A DNA stretch of 64,000 nt, taken from positions 43,400,001 to 43,464,000 of the forward strand of contig OZ024753.1 of NCBI GenBank assembly GCA_964016885.1, in the 5' to 3' direction. Position 1 is the first letter of the stretch, and each line of letters begins with the position of its first letter. Of this stretch, positions 25,905 to 38,764 are shown piece after piece. The notes below the pieces were generated by a model that saw only the letters and a program-made list of their open reading frames with translations, had not been told where the DNA came from and did not search any database. The position numbers were made by a program, and so were the translations under genes. Origin of the DNA: Eledone cirrhosa. Its lineage: Eukaryota.

Positions 25905-26295
25905 CATCATCATCACCATTTTACGTCCGTTCTTCCACGCTAGCATGGGTTAGACGGGTTGTCCTGTTGTGGGCAGTGTCCGGTCAGCTGACCTTCTCTT
26001 GCGCATATGGGAACTGATTCTGGCTTGATTTCTACAGCTGGATGCCCTTCCTAACACCAACCTCATTTACAGTGAGTGCTGGGTGCTTTTTTGCCGTGGC
26101 ACCTCCACGATCACTTTACAGTGGAATGATAGGGACCCCAGTCCCTATCATCTCATTTCTACAGCTGAATAAACTGGAGCAATATGAAATAAAGTGTCTT
26201 GCTCAAGGGAACAACACATCAGCCCGGTCTGAGATTGAACTCACAACCTTTCGATTGCAAGCCCAATGCTCTAACCACTAAGCCATGTGCCTTCA
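25905..26295 (-). mobile_element. tRNA-head SINE family B, tail type 2
   Basis: Minus strand TGGCTTAGTGG A-box, GAGTTCAATCTC B-box, CCTTGAGCAAGACACTTTATTTCA core; ends AACCCATGCTAGCGTGGAAGAACGGACGTAAAATGGTGATGATG. Confidence 0.85.
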
Positions 26296-26330
<35 letters not shown>

Positions 26331-26458
26331 GCTAACATGGAAGATGGACATTAAACGAAGATGATGATGATATATATATATATATAATCATGATCATCAT
26401 CTTCGTTTAACGTCCATCTTCCATGCTAGCATATATATATACATGCACACACATATAC

Positions 26459-26582
26459 AAAGACAGTGTGATAAGGAACCAGGTGGCCCATAACACACCA
26501 GAGTACTCAATACTTAGGGTAGTAGAGTGGGTAATAGGAAAAGAGTCAGAGCTCAGTCGTCAGGGTCCTGACTCTTTTCCTA
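26459..26582 (+). mobile_element. Family B (TA)n element with collapsed terminal hairpin
   Basis: Shared body; ends TAGGAAAAGAGTCAG...CTGACTCTTTTCCTA. Confidence 0.75.
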
Positions 26583-26772
26583 TATATATATATATATATA
26601 TGTTTATATATATATATGAATGAAATGGATGTTATCGAATAGAATGGACACAGATTCGGTCATCTCCACACTGTCAATAATCTAATTGTTTGTAATACTA
26701 AAATTCAAACCAAATTATATATATATATATATTCCTTACCACAATTCCTTCGTTATATATATATATATATAT

Positions 26773-26998
26773 AAACGAAGGAATTGTGGTAAGGAACCAG
26801 GTGGACCATAACGCACCAGAGTACTCAATACTTAGGGTAGTAGAGTGGGTAATAGGAAAAGTATGACCCCGACGGCAGAGCTCAAGCAGTTTCGACGGCT
26901 ATTTCCAGACTCTCGACGGCTATTTCCAGACTCAGGCTGAGTCTGGAAATAGCCGTCGAAACTGCTTGAGCTCTGCCGTCGGGGTCATACTTTTTCCT
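26773..26998 (+). mobile_element. Family B (TA)n element with long palindrome (26854-26998)
   Basis: Arms of ~60 bp centred at 26936, with a 21-bp duplication in the left arm. Confidence 0.85.
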
Positions 26999-27094
26999 GT
27001 ATATATATATATATATATTGAAAATAAACCTAGATTTAGAAACTTCAACACGTTTTTTTTACTATGAAAAATACTCTAAGAAGTTGGGCAGAAA

Positions 27095-30000
27095 AGCCCC
27101 TGGATGGAAAAATGTTGACAACATCGACCATGGAGCTCACACTCGCATCTGTCAGATGATGTTAAAAATAAAGGTTGACAGTGTCAGCTGTGGAGCTCAC
27201 ATCTGTCAGATGATGATGATAAGACCTTGGATGGGAGAAAAGTTGACATCAGCTGTGGGACTCACTCACATCTGTCAGATGATGATGATAAGACCTTGGA
27301 TGGGAGAAAAGTTGACATCAGCTGTGGGACTCACTCACATCTGTCAGATGATGATGATAAGACCTTGGATGGGAGAAAAGTTGACATCAGATGTGGGACT
27401 CACTCACATCTGTCAGATGATGATGATAAGACCTTGGATGGGAGAAAAGTTGACATCAGATGTGGGACTCACTCACATCTGTCAGATGATGATGATAAGA
27501 CCTTGGATGGGAAAAAAGTTGACATCAGCTGTGGGACTCACTCACATCTGTCAGATGATGATAAGACCTTGGATGGGAGAAAAGTTGACATCAGCTGTGG
27601 GACTCACTCACATCTGTCAGATGATGATAAGACCTTGGATGGGAGAAAAGTTGACATCAGCTGTGGGACTCTCACATCTGTCAGATGATGATGATAAGAC
27701 CTTGGATGGGAGAAAAGTTGACATCAGATGTGGGACTCACTCACATCTGTCAGATGATGATGATAAGACCTTGGATGGGAAAAAAGTTGACATCAGCTGT
27801 GGGACTCACTCACATCTGTCAGATGATGATGATAAGACCTTGGATGGGAGAAAAGTTGACATCAGATGTGGGACTCACTCACATCTGTCAGATGATGATA
27901 AGACCTTGGATGGGAGAAAAGTTGACATCAGCTGTGGGACTCTCTCACATCTGTCAGATGATGATGATAAGACCTTGGATAGGAAAAAAGTTGACATCAG
28001 CTGTGGGACACACTCACATCTGTCAGATGATGATGATAAGACCTTGGATGGGAGAAAAGTTGACATCAGCTGTGGGACTCACTCACATCTGTCAGATGAT
28101 GATGATAAGACCTTGGATGGGAGAAAAGTTGACATCAGCTGTGGGACTCACTCACATCTGTCAGATGATGATGATAAGACCTTGGATGGGAGAAAAGTTG
28201 ACATCAGCTGTGGGACTCACTCACATCTGTCAGATGATGATGATAAGACCTTGGATGGGAGAAAAGTTGACATCAGCTGTGGGACTCTCTCACATCTGTC
28301 AGATGATGATAAGACCTTGGATGGGAGAAAAGTTGACATCAGCTGTGGGACTCACTCACATCTGTCAGATGATGATAAGACCTTGGATGGGAGAAAAGTT
28401 GACATCAGCTGTGGGACTCTCACATCTGTCAGATGATGATGATAAGACCTTGGATGGGAGAAAAGTTGACATCAGATGTGGGACTCACTCACATCTGTCA
28501 GATGATGATGATAAGACCTTGGATGGGAAAAAAGTTGACATCAGCTGTGGGACTCACTCACATCTGTCAGATGATGATGATAAGACCTTGGATGGGAGAA
28601 AAGTTGACATCAGATGTGGGACTCACTCACATCTGTCAGATGATGATAAGACCTTGGATGGGAGAAAAGTTGACATCAGCTGTGGGACTCTCTCACATCT
28701 GTCAGATGATGATAAGACCTTGGATAGGAAAAAAGTTGACATCAGCTGTGGGACACACTCACATCTGTCAGATGATGATGATAAGACCTTGGATGGGAGA
28801 AAAGTTGACATCAGCTGTGGGACTCACTCACATCTGTCAGATGATGATGATAAGACCTTGGATGGGAGAAAAGTTGACATCAGCTGGGGGACTCACTCAC
28901 ATCTGTCAGATGATGATGATAAGACCTTGGATGGGAGAAAAGTTGAGATCAGCTGTGGGACTCACTCACATCTGTCAGATGATGATGATAAGACCTTGGA
29001 TGGGAAAAAAGTTGACATCAGCTGTGGGACTCACTCACATCTGTCAGATGATGATGATGATAAGACCTCGGATGGGAGAAAAGTTGACATCAGATGTGGG
29101 ACTCACTCACATCTGTCAGATGATGATGATAAGACCTTGGATGGGAAAAAAGTTGACATCAGCTGTGGGACTCACTCACATCTGTCAGATGATGATGATA
29201 AGACCTTGGATGGGAGAAAAGTTGACATCAGATGTGGGACTCACTCACATCTGTCAGATGATGATGATAAGACCTTGGATGGGAGAAAAGTTGACATCAG
29301 CTGTGGGACTCACTCACATCTGTCAGATGATGATGATAAGACCTTAGATGGGAGAAAAGTTGACATCAGCTGTGGGACTCACTCACATCTGTCAGATGAT
29401 GATGATAAGACCTTGGATGGGAGAAAAGTTGACATCAGCTGTGGGACTCACTCACATCTGTCAGATGATGATGATAAGACCTTAGATGGGAGAAAAGTTG
29501 ACATCAGCTGTGGGACTCACTCACATCGTCAGATGATGATGATAAGACCTTAGATGGGAGAAAAGTTGACATCAGCTGTGGGACTCACTCACATCTGTCA
29601 GATGATGATGATAAGACCTTGGATGGGAGAAAAGTTGACATCAGCTGTGGGACTCACTCACATCTGTCAGATGATGATAAGACCTTCGATGGGAGAAAAG
29701 TTGACATCAGCTGTGGGACTCACTCACATCTGTCAGATGATGATGATAAGACCTTAGATGGGAGAAAAGTTGACATCAGCTGTGGGACTCACTCACATCT
29801 GTCAGATGATGATGATAAGACCTTAGATGGGAGAAAAGTTGACATCAGCTGTGGGACTCACTCACATCTGTCAGATGATGATGATAAGACCTTAGATGGG
29901 AGAAAAGTTGACATCAGCTGTGGGACTCACTCACATCTGTCAGATGATGATGATAAGACCTTAGATGGGAGAAAAGTTGACATCAGCTGTGGGACTCACT

Positions 30001-33000
30001 CACATCTGTCAGATGATGATGATAAGACCTTAGATGGGAGAAAAGTTGACATCAGCTGTGGGACTCACTCACATCTGTCAGATGATGATGATAAGACCTT
30101 GGATGGGAGAAAAGTTGACATCAGCTGTGGGACTCACTCACATCTGTCAGATGATGATGATAAGACCTTAGATGGGAGAAAAGTTGACATCAGCTGTGGG
30201 ACTCACTCACATCTGTCAGATGATGATGATAAGACCTTAGATGGGAGAAAAGTTGACATCAGCTGTGGGACTCACTCACATCTGTCAGATGATGATGATA
30301 AGACCTTAGATGGGAGAAAAGTTGACATCAGCTGTGGGACTCACTCACATCTGTCAGATGATGATGATAAGACCTTGGATGGGAGAAAAATTGACATCAG
30401 CTGTGGGACTCACTCACATCTGTCAGATGATGATGATAAGACCTTGGATGGGAGAAAAGTTGACATCAGCTGTGGGACTCACTCACATCTGTCAGATGAT
30501 GATGATAAGACCTTAGATGGGAGAAAAGTTGACATCAGCTGTGGGACTCACTCACATCTGTCAGATGATGATGATAAGACCTTAGATGGGAGAAAAGTTG
30601 ACATCAGCTGTGGGACTCACTCACATCTGTCAGATGATGATGATAAGACCTTAGATGGGAGAAAAGTTGACATCAGCTGTGGGACTCACTCACATCTGTC
30701 AGATGATGATGATAAGACCTTAGATGGGAGAAAAGTTGACATCAGCTGTGGGACTCACTCACATCTGTCAGATGATGATGATAAGACCTTGGATGGGAGA
30801 AAAGTTGACATCAGCTGTGGGACTCACTCACATCTGTCAGATGATGATGATAAGACCTTGGATGGGAGAAAAGTTGACATCAGCTGTGGGACTCACTCAC
30901 ATCTGTCAGATGATGATGATAAGACCTTGGATGGGAGAAAAGTTGACATCAGCTGTGGGACTCACTCACATCTGTCAGATGATGATGATAAGACCTTGGA
31001 TGGGAGAAAAGTTGACATCAGATGTGGGACTCACTCACATCTGTCAGATGATGATGATAAGACCTTGGATGGGAAAAAAGTTGACATCAGCTGTGGGACT
31101 CACTCACATCTGTCAGATGATGATGATAAGACCTTGGATGGGAGAAAAGTTGACATCAGATGTGGGACTCACTCACATCTGTCAGATGATGATAAGACCT
31201 TGGATGGGAGAAAAGTTGACATCAGCTGTGGGACTCTCTCACATCTGTCAGATGATGATAAGACCTTGGATAGGAAAAAAGTTGACATCAGCTGTGGGAC
31301 ACACTCACATCTGTCAGATGATGATGATAAGACCTTGGATGGGAGAAAAGTTGACATCAGCTGTGGGACTCACTCACATCTGTCAGATGATGATGATAAG
31401 ACCTTGGATGGGAGAAAAGTTGACATCAGCTGGGGGACTCACTCACATCTGTCAGATGATGATGATAAGACCTTGGATGGGAGAAAAGTTGAGATCAGCT
31501 GTGGGACTCACTCACATCTGTCAGATGATGATGATAAGACCTTGGATGGGAAAAAAGTTGACATCAGCTGTGGGACTCACTCACATCTGTCAGATGATGA
31601 TGATGATAAGACCTCGGATGGGAGAAAAGTTGACATCAGATGTGGGACTCACTCACATCTGTCAGATGATGATGATAAGACCTTGGATGGGAAAAAAGTT
31701 GACATCAGCTGTGGGACTCACTCACATCTGTCAGATGATGATGATAAGACCTTGGATGGGAGAAAAGTTGACATCAGATGTGGGACTCACTCACATCTGT
31801 CAGATGATGATGATAAGACCTTGGATGGGAGAAAAGTTGACATCAGCTGTGGGACTCACTCACATCTGTCAGATGATGATAAGACCTTGGATGGGAGAAA
31901 AGTTGACATCAGCTGTGGGACTCACTCACATCTGTCAGATGATGATGATAAGACCTTGGATGGGAAAAAAGTTGACATCAGCTGTGGGACTCACTCACAT
32001 CTGTCAGATGATGATGATAAGACCTTAGATGGGAGAAAAGTTGACATCAGCTGTGGGACTCACTCACATCTGTCAGATGATGATGATAAGACCTTGGATG
32101 GGAGAAAAGTTGACATCAGCTGTGGGACTCACTCACATCTGTCAGATGATGATGATAAGACCTTAGATGGGAGAAAAGTTGACATCAGCTGTGGGACTCA
32201 CTCACATCTGTCAGATGATGATGATAAGACCTTAGATGGGAGAAAAGTTGACATCAGCTGTGGGACTCACTCACATCTGTCAGATGATGATGATAAGACC
32301 TTGGATGGGAGAAAAGTTGACATCAGCTGTGGGACTCACTCACATCTGTCAGATGATGATAAGACCTTCGATGGGAGAAAAGTTGACATCAGCTGTGGGA
32401 CTCACTCACATCTGTCAGATGATGATGATAAGACCTTAGATGGGAGAAAAGTTGACATCAGCTGTGGGACTCACTCACATCTGTCAGATGATGATGATAA
32501 GACCTTAGATGGGAGAAAAGTTGACATCAGCTGTGGGACTCACTCACATCTGTCAGATGATGATGATAAGACCTTAGATGGGAGAAAAGTTGACATCAGC
32601 TGTGGGACTCACTCACATCTGTCAGATGATGATGATAAGACCTTAGATGGGAGAAAAGTTGACATCAGCTGTGGGACTCACTCACATCTGTCAGATGATG
32701 ATGATAAGACCTTAGATGGGAGAAAAGTTGACATCAGCTGTGGGACTCACTCACATCTGTCAGATGATGATGATAAGACCTTGGATGGGAGAAAAGTTGA
32801 CATCAGCTGTGGGACTCACTCACATCTGTCAGATGATGATGATAAGACCTTAGATGGGAGAAAAGTTGACATCAGCTGTGGGACTCACTCACATCTGTCA
32901 GATGATGATGATAAGACCTTAGATGGGAGAAAAGTTGACATCAGCTGTGGGACTCACTCACATCTGTCAGATGATGATGATAAGACCTTAGATGGGAGAA

Positions 33001-35507
33001 AAGTTGACATCAGCTGTGGGACTCACTCACATCTGTCAGATGATGATGATAAGACCTTGGATGGGAGAAAAGTTGACATCAGCTGTGGGACTCACTCACA
33101 TCTGTCAGATGATGATGATAAGACCTTAGATGGGAGAAAAGTTGACATCAGCTGTGGGACTCACTCACATCTGTCAGATGATGATGATAAGACCTTAGAT
33201 GGGAGAAAAGTTGACATCAGCTGTGGGACTCACTCACATCTGTCAGATGATGATGATAAGACCTTAGATGGGAGAAAAGTTGACATCAGCTGTGGGACTC
33301 ACTCACATCTGTCAGATGATGATGATAAGACCTTAGATGGGAGAAAAGTTGACATCAGCTGTGGGACTCACTCACATCTGTCAGATGATGATGATAAGAC
33401 CTTAGATGGGAGAAAAGTTGACATCAGCTGTGGGACTCACTCACATCTGTCAGATGATGATGATAAGACCTTGGATGGGAGAAAAGTTGACATCAGCTGT
33501 GGGACTCACTCACATCTGTCAGATGATGATGATAAGACCTTGGATGGGAGAAAAGTTGACATCAGCTGTGGGACTCACTCACATCTGTCAGATGATGATG
33601 ATAAGACCTTGGATGGGAGAAAAGTTGACATCAGCTGTGGGACTCACTCACATCTGTCAGATGATGATGATAAGACCTTAGATGGGAGAAAAGTTGACAT
33701 CAGCTGTGGGACTCACTCACATCTGTCAGATGATGATGATAAGACCTTGGATGGGAGAAAAGTTGACATCAGCTGTGGGACTCACTCACATCTGTCAGAT
33801 GATGATGATAAGACCTTAGATGGGAGAAAAGTTGACATCAGCTGTGGGACTCACTCACATCTGTCAGATGATGATGATAAGACCTTGGATGGGAGAAAAG
33901 TTGACATCAGCTGTGGGACTCACTCACATCTGTCAGATGATGATGATAAGACCTTAGATGGGAGAAAAGTTGACATCAGCTGTGGGACTCACTCACATCT
34001 GTCAGATGATGATGATAAGACCTTGGATGGGAGAAAAGTTGACATCAGCTGTGGGACTCACTCACATCTGTCAGATGATGATGATAAGACCTTAGATGGG
34101 AGAAAAGTTGACATCAGCTGTGGGACTCACTCACATCTGTCAGATGATAAGACCTTGGATGGGAGAAAAGTTGACATCAGCTGTGGGACTCACTCACATC
34201 TGTCAGATGATGATGATAAGACCTTAGATGGGAGAAAAGTTGACATCAGCTGTGGGACTCACTCACATCTGTCAGATGATGATGATAAGACCTTGGATGG
34301 GAGAAAAGTTGACATCAGCTGTGGGACTCACTCACATCTGTCAGATGATGATGATAAGACCTTAGATGGGAGAAAAGTTGACATCAGCTGTGGGACTCAC
34401 TCACATCTGTCAGATGATGATGATAAGACCTTGGATGGGAGAAAAGTTGACATCAGCTGTGGGACTCACTCACATCTGTCAGATGATGATGATAAGACCT
34501 TAGATGGGAGGAAAGTTGACATCAGCTGTGGGACTCACTCACATCTGTCAGATGATGATAAGACCTTGGATGGGAGAAAAGTTGACATCAGCTGTGGGAC
34601 TCACTCACATCTGTCAGATGATGATGATAAGACCTTGGATGGGAGAAAAGTTGACATCAGCTGTGGGACTCACTCACATCTGTCAGATGATGATAAGACC
34701 TTGGATGGGAGAAAAGTTGACATCAGCTGTGGGACTCACTCACATCTGTCAGATGATGATGATAAGACCTTGGATGGGAGAAAAGTTGACATCAGCTGTG
34801 TGACTCTCTCACATCTGTCAGATGATGATAAGACCTTGGATGGGAGAAAAGTTGACATCAGCTGTGGGACTCACTCACATCTGTCAGATGATGATGATAA
34901 GACCTTGGATGGGAGAAAAGTTGACATCGGCTGTGGGACTCACTCACATCTGTCAGATGATGATGATAAGACCTTAGATGGGAGAAAAGTTGACATCAGC
35001 TGTGGGACTCTCTCACATCTGTCAGATGATGATGATGATAAGACCTTAGATGGGAGAAAAGTTGACATCAGCTGTGGGACTCTCTCACATCTGTCAGATG
35101 ATGATGATAAGACCTTGGATGGGAGAAAAGTTGACATCAGCTGTGGGACTCACTCACATCTGTCAGATGATGATGATAAGACCTTGGATGGGAGAAAAGT
35201 TGACATCAGCTGTGGGACTCACTCACATCTGTCAGATGATGATAAGACCTTGGATGGGAGAAAAGTTGACATCAGCTGTGGGACTCACTCACATCTGTCA
35301 GATGATGATGATAAGACCTTAGATGGGAGAAAAGTTGACATCAGCTGTGGGACTCACTCACATCTGTCAGATGATGATGATAAGACCTTGGATGGGAGAA
35401 AAGTTGACATCAGCTGTGGGACTCACTCACATCTGTCAGATGATGATGATAAGACCTTAGATGGGAGAAAAGTTGACATCAGCTGTGGAGCTCTTATTCA
35501 CATGTCA

Positions 35508-35536
<29 letters not shown>
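27095..35536 (+). repeat. 69-bp satellite, ~120 units, ~8.4 kb, with higher-order duplications
   Basis: Unit GATGATGATGATAAGACCTTGGATGGGAGAAAAGTTGACATCAGCTGTGGGACTCACTCACATCTGTCA; diverged edge units at 27095-27200 and 35460-35536. Confidence 0.97.
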
Positions 35537-35538
<2 letters not shown>

Positions 35539-35959
35539 ACATGCGATAAGATATTCCAGAGTCACAATAAACTTACTTTAGTTTGGTAAAAGTTTTGAAA
35601 AAGCAAGAGAAACAATTTGCAAATAGTTATATTTAAAAAATCAATATTTCAATAGTGTCTCTCAATTGTTATTGTTGTTTGGTGAATTCAGAAAGATTGT
35701 GAAATGTAGGTGAGAGGAAAAAGAGAAGGAGTGGAGGGGGGGGGGGGGGGGGGGGGCATATTTTGGTGTTTCAGACAAACACTTGTCAGAATAGATATCA
35801 GTATTTATCAACTGGAAGTTATCATAATATAATGTAAACACTGGAGCAAACTAAATAGAGAAAAGAAAGAGAGAGAGAATTTGTTTAACAACAACAAATA
35901 AAAAAAATTGAAAAATAGAAAAATAGTAGAAAATATATAACAATTGATGAAAATATTCC

Positions 35960-36520
35960 AGATAAAGATGGAGAGAGTGAGGGGGAGAGAAAGAGAGAGA
36001 GACAGTGGGTGGCAGTGAGGGAGAGACAGTGGGTGGGAGAGAGGGGGTGAGTGGGAGTCTGTGTGTAAGAGAGTGAGGAAGAGAGTGAGACAGTGGGTGG
36101 GAGAGTGAGGGAGAGAAAGAGACAGTGGGTGGCAGATTGAGGGGGAGAGAGAGACAGTGGGAGAGTGAGGGAGAGAGAGAGAGAGAGACAGTGGGTGGGA
36201 GAGAGGGGGTGAGTGGGAGTCTGTGTAAGAGTGAGGAAGAGAGTGAGAGAGAGGAAGAGAAAGTGCCTGAGGGAGTGTCTGTGTGGGTGAGAGAGAGAGA
36301 GAAAAAAGAACAAGAGAGTGTCTGTGTGTGACAGAGTTAGAGAGAGTGTCAGAGAGAGAAACAAAAAAAGAGTCAATGTGTGACAGTGAGACAGTGTCTG
36401 TGTGTGACGGGGTTCGTGTCAGAGAGAGAGAGACTGTTTCTGATGTAAGAGGAGAGATATATATAGAGGGAGTGCGTGCGTGTGTGTGTGTGAGAGAGAG
36501 AAAAAAAAAGAGAGAAAGAT
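35960..36520. repeat. GA/GT-rich low-complexity region with internal duplications
   Basis: GAGACAGTGGGTGG repeated; 36022-36090 duplicated at 36184-36250. Confidence 0.85.
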
Positions 36521-36846
36521 GATCTTCATTGCAGTCAACAGCAGATTCTCCATTTAGTTATTGTTATTCATCTAGAAACTGATGCAAATAGATCAGTAAG
36601 AAATACGGGGGAGGTTGGTGTACGCAGTACATATATAAAGATAAATCAGAGAGAGAGAGAGAGAGGAGAGAGAAAGAGTCAAAAAGATGAAAAAAGAAAT
36701 GTTGCCTTAAGCTTTGTATTGGTGCATCAAATCTGTTACTGTGCAACAACAACGACAAGTTACAACAACAAGTTACAACAACTACACAACTTCTTTATGA
36801 TTTCTAAAATTTTAAATTTGTATTATATATATATATATATAGATAT

Positions 36847-36897
<51 letters not shown>

Positions 36898-37106
36898 CAC
36901 ACATATATATATATATATACACACACATATATATATACTCACACAAAGATACACACTCATACAGACAGGTGTGTGTATATGTATATATATATATATATAG
37001 ATATATTTACACACATATATAGACAGATAATGTGTATATATATATATATTTATACATTCACAAATATACATATATATACACATATATACATATATACATA
37101 TATATA

Positions 37107-37144
<38 letters not shown>

Positions 37145-37485
37145 TTTTATTTCTAGTAATCTTTTATGTTGGAGACTGAGACAGACGTAGCTATCAAATT
37201 TATCTCCATTTTAACAAATCACTTATATTTTCATGAGAGTCTCTCAATTGTTTTGTGGAGATTATTGTCTGCCTGTTGATCTAGCTACTCGTACCTATAT
37301 TGCATTGTCTATATAAATATATATATATTTATAAATATATATATATATAATGTTTGTGTCATGTGTGTATATATATAAATATAAATAAATGTGTATATAT
37401 ATATAAATATAAATAAATGTATATAAATACAAATGTGTGCATGTATATATATATATATAAATAAATAAATGTATATAAATACAAA

Positions 37486-37517
<32 letters not shown>

Positions 37518-37526
<9 letters not shown>

Positions 37527-37612
37527 AATGGCTTCTACAGGACTAGAACTGTTTCATTCGGGAGAAATCTTCACTTACTGTGGTTACCCCCGATTGAACC
37601 TGTGATAAACTT
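37518..37612 (-). mobile_element. Family C element with hammerhead truncated at C3 by an inversion junction
   Basis: Minus strand (G)TGAAGA-T-TTC(TCCC)GAA-T-GAAACAG(TTCTAGTC)CTGTA-GAAGCC at 37530-37573, abutting the inverted CTTACTGTGGTTACC..GATTGAACC end. Confidence 0.7.
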
Positions 37613-37833
37613 ATATATATATACAATATATTAATAAATGGAAACTATATTTATAAAACCATATTTATTTTATTATACATATTTCAAAGGCAACCAAGGC
37701 AAATTATGGTGCGCTTTCATCAGATAAAATACAGATTTGTTTTATAAATAAATATTGACATACCCGGAAAAAAAAGCTAGTTGAATCCCAACAAATTAAA
37801 TATAACCTCTGCATATATATATATATATATATG

Positions 37834-37931
37834 AGGGCATCCAGCTGTAGAAATCAAGCCAGAATCAATTCCCGCCCCACCCTTGCAATCAGGGAAAAGT
37901 GGATGTAAAAGGAAATGAAGGAAATGATGAT
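37834..37931 (+). mobile_element. 3' fragment of SINE family B, tail type 1
   Basis: GGGCATCCAGCTGTAGAAATCAAGCCAGAATC..CCCACCCTTGCAATCAGGGAAAAGTGGATGTAAAA. Confidence 0.75.
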
Positions 37932-38022
37932 ATATTCTGGCATGTTTATATGCCTACATATTAGGGGTATATATACATGTTAGTGCAGTGTCTGTTACAC
38001 ATTCTGTATATATATATATATA

Positions 38023-38141
38023 TAACAAAGGAATTGTGGTAAGGAACCAGATGGACCATAACGCACCAGAGTACTCAATACTTAGGGTAGTAGAGTGGGT
38101 AATAGGAAAAAGTATGTCCCCATGGGATCATGCCTTTTCCT
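38023..38141 (+). mobile_element. Family B (TA)n element with short terminal hairpin
   Basis: Shared body; ends ATAGGAAAAAGTATGTCCCCATGGGATCATGCCTTTTCCTAT. Confidence 0.75.
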
Positions 38142-38154
38142 ATATATATATATA

Positions 38155-38290
38155 AGTAGTAACACAATAGTTAGTTCACCATACTGAGAACAATTGTTTC
38201 ACCTTATGTGGATCCTCAGCTCGAGCTGAAGATCCACATAAGGTGAAACATTTGTTCTCGGTATGGCGAACTAACTGTTGTGGAACTACT
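38155..38290. ncRNA. Palindrome of two divergent minimal hammerheads (family D)
   Basis: Plus 38222-38260: CGAG-CTGAAGA-T-CC(ACATAA)GG-T-GAAAC(ATTT)GTT-CTCG. Minus 38222-38186: GAG-CTGAGGA-T-CC(ACATAA)GG-T-GAAAC(AATT)GTT-CTC. Centre CTCGAG. Confidence 0.7.
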
Positions 38291-38482
38291 ACCAAACTCG
38301 TCCCATGGACTGAGTGCTCTACTACTACGGATATTACCTTCCAGTGTTCTACTCTCTTTCTCTCTCTCTCTCTCTCTCTTTTTCTCTCTCTCTCTTTCTC
38401 TCTCTCTCTCTATTTCTCTTTCTCTCTCTCTCTATATATATATAAATTTACAGTTTGCAGTATATAAACATACCATATAAAT

Positions 38483-38715
38483 ATAATTGTTTCTACTTTT
38501 GGCACAAGGCCAGCAATTATCCCAGTGTATTACTGGTACTTTATTTTATCGACCCCATAAGGATGAAAGGCAAAGTTAATCTCGACGGGATTTGAACTTA
38601 GACCGTAAAGGGACGTAACTGTGCTAGAATAAAAGAATAACATTAATAATTGTTTCTAATTTTGGCACAAGGCCAGCAATTATCCCAGTGTATTACTGGT
38701 ACTTTATTTTATCAC
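38483..38715 (-). mobile_element. SINE family A, about 1.5 tandem copies
   Basis: GGCACAAGGCCAGCAATTATCCCAGTGTATTACTGGTACTTTATTTTATC twice. Confidence 0.8.
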
Positions 38716-38764
38716 ATTAATAATGATACAAATAAAAATAAAAAACAAAGAAATAACTCTAACG

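Noticed and set aside
29619-35549. 1976-aa ORF called as a gene; DDDDK resembles an enterokinase/FLAG site
   Set aside because: It is a pure satellite translation, frameshifted upstream, with no unique domain. DDDDK arises from (GAT)n-AAG and there is no DYK or vector context.
37695-37735. Minus-strand CTGATGAAAGCGCACC hammerhead-like string in another (TA)n insert related to 25800-25898
   Set aside because: CTGATGA and GAAA overlap, leaving no stem II, and there is no NUH site.
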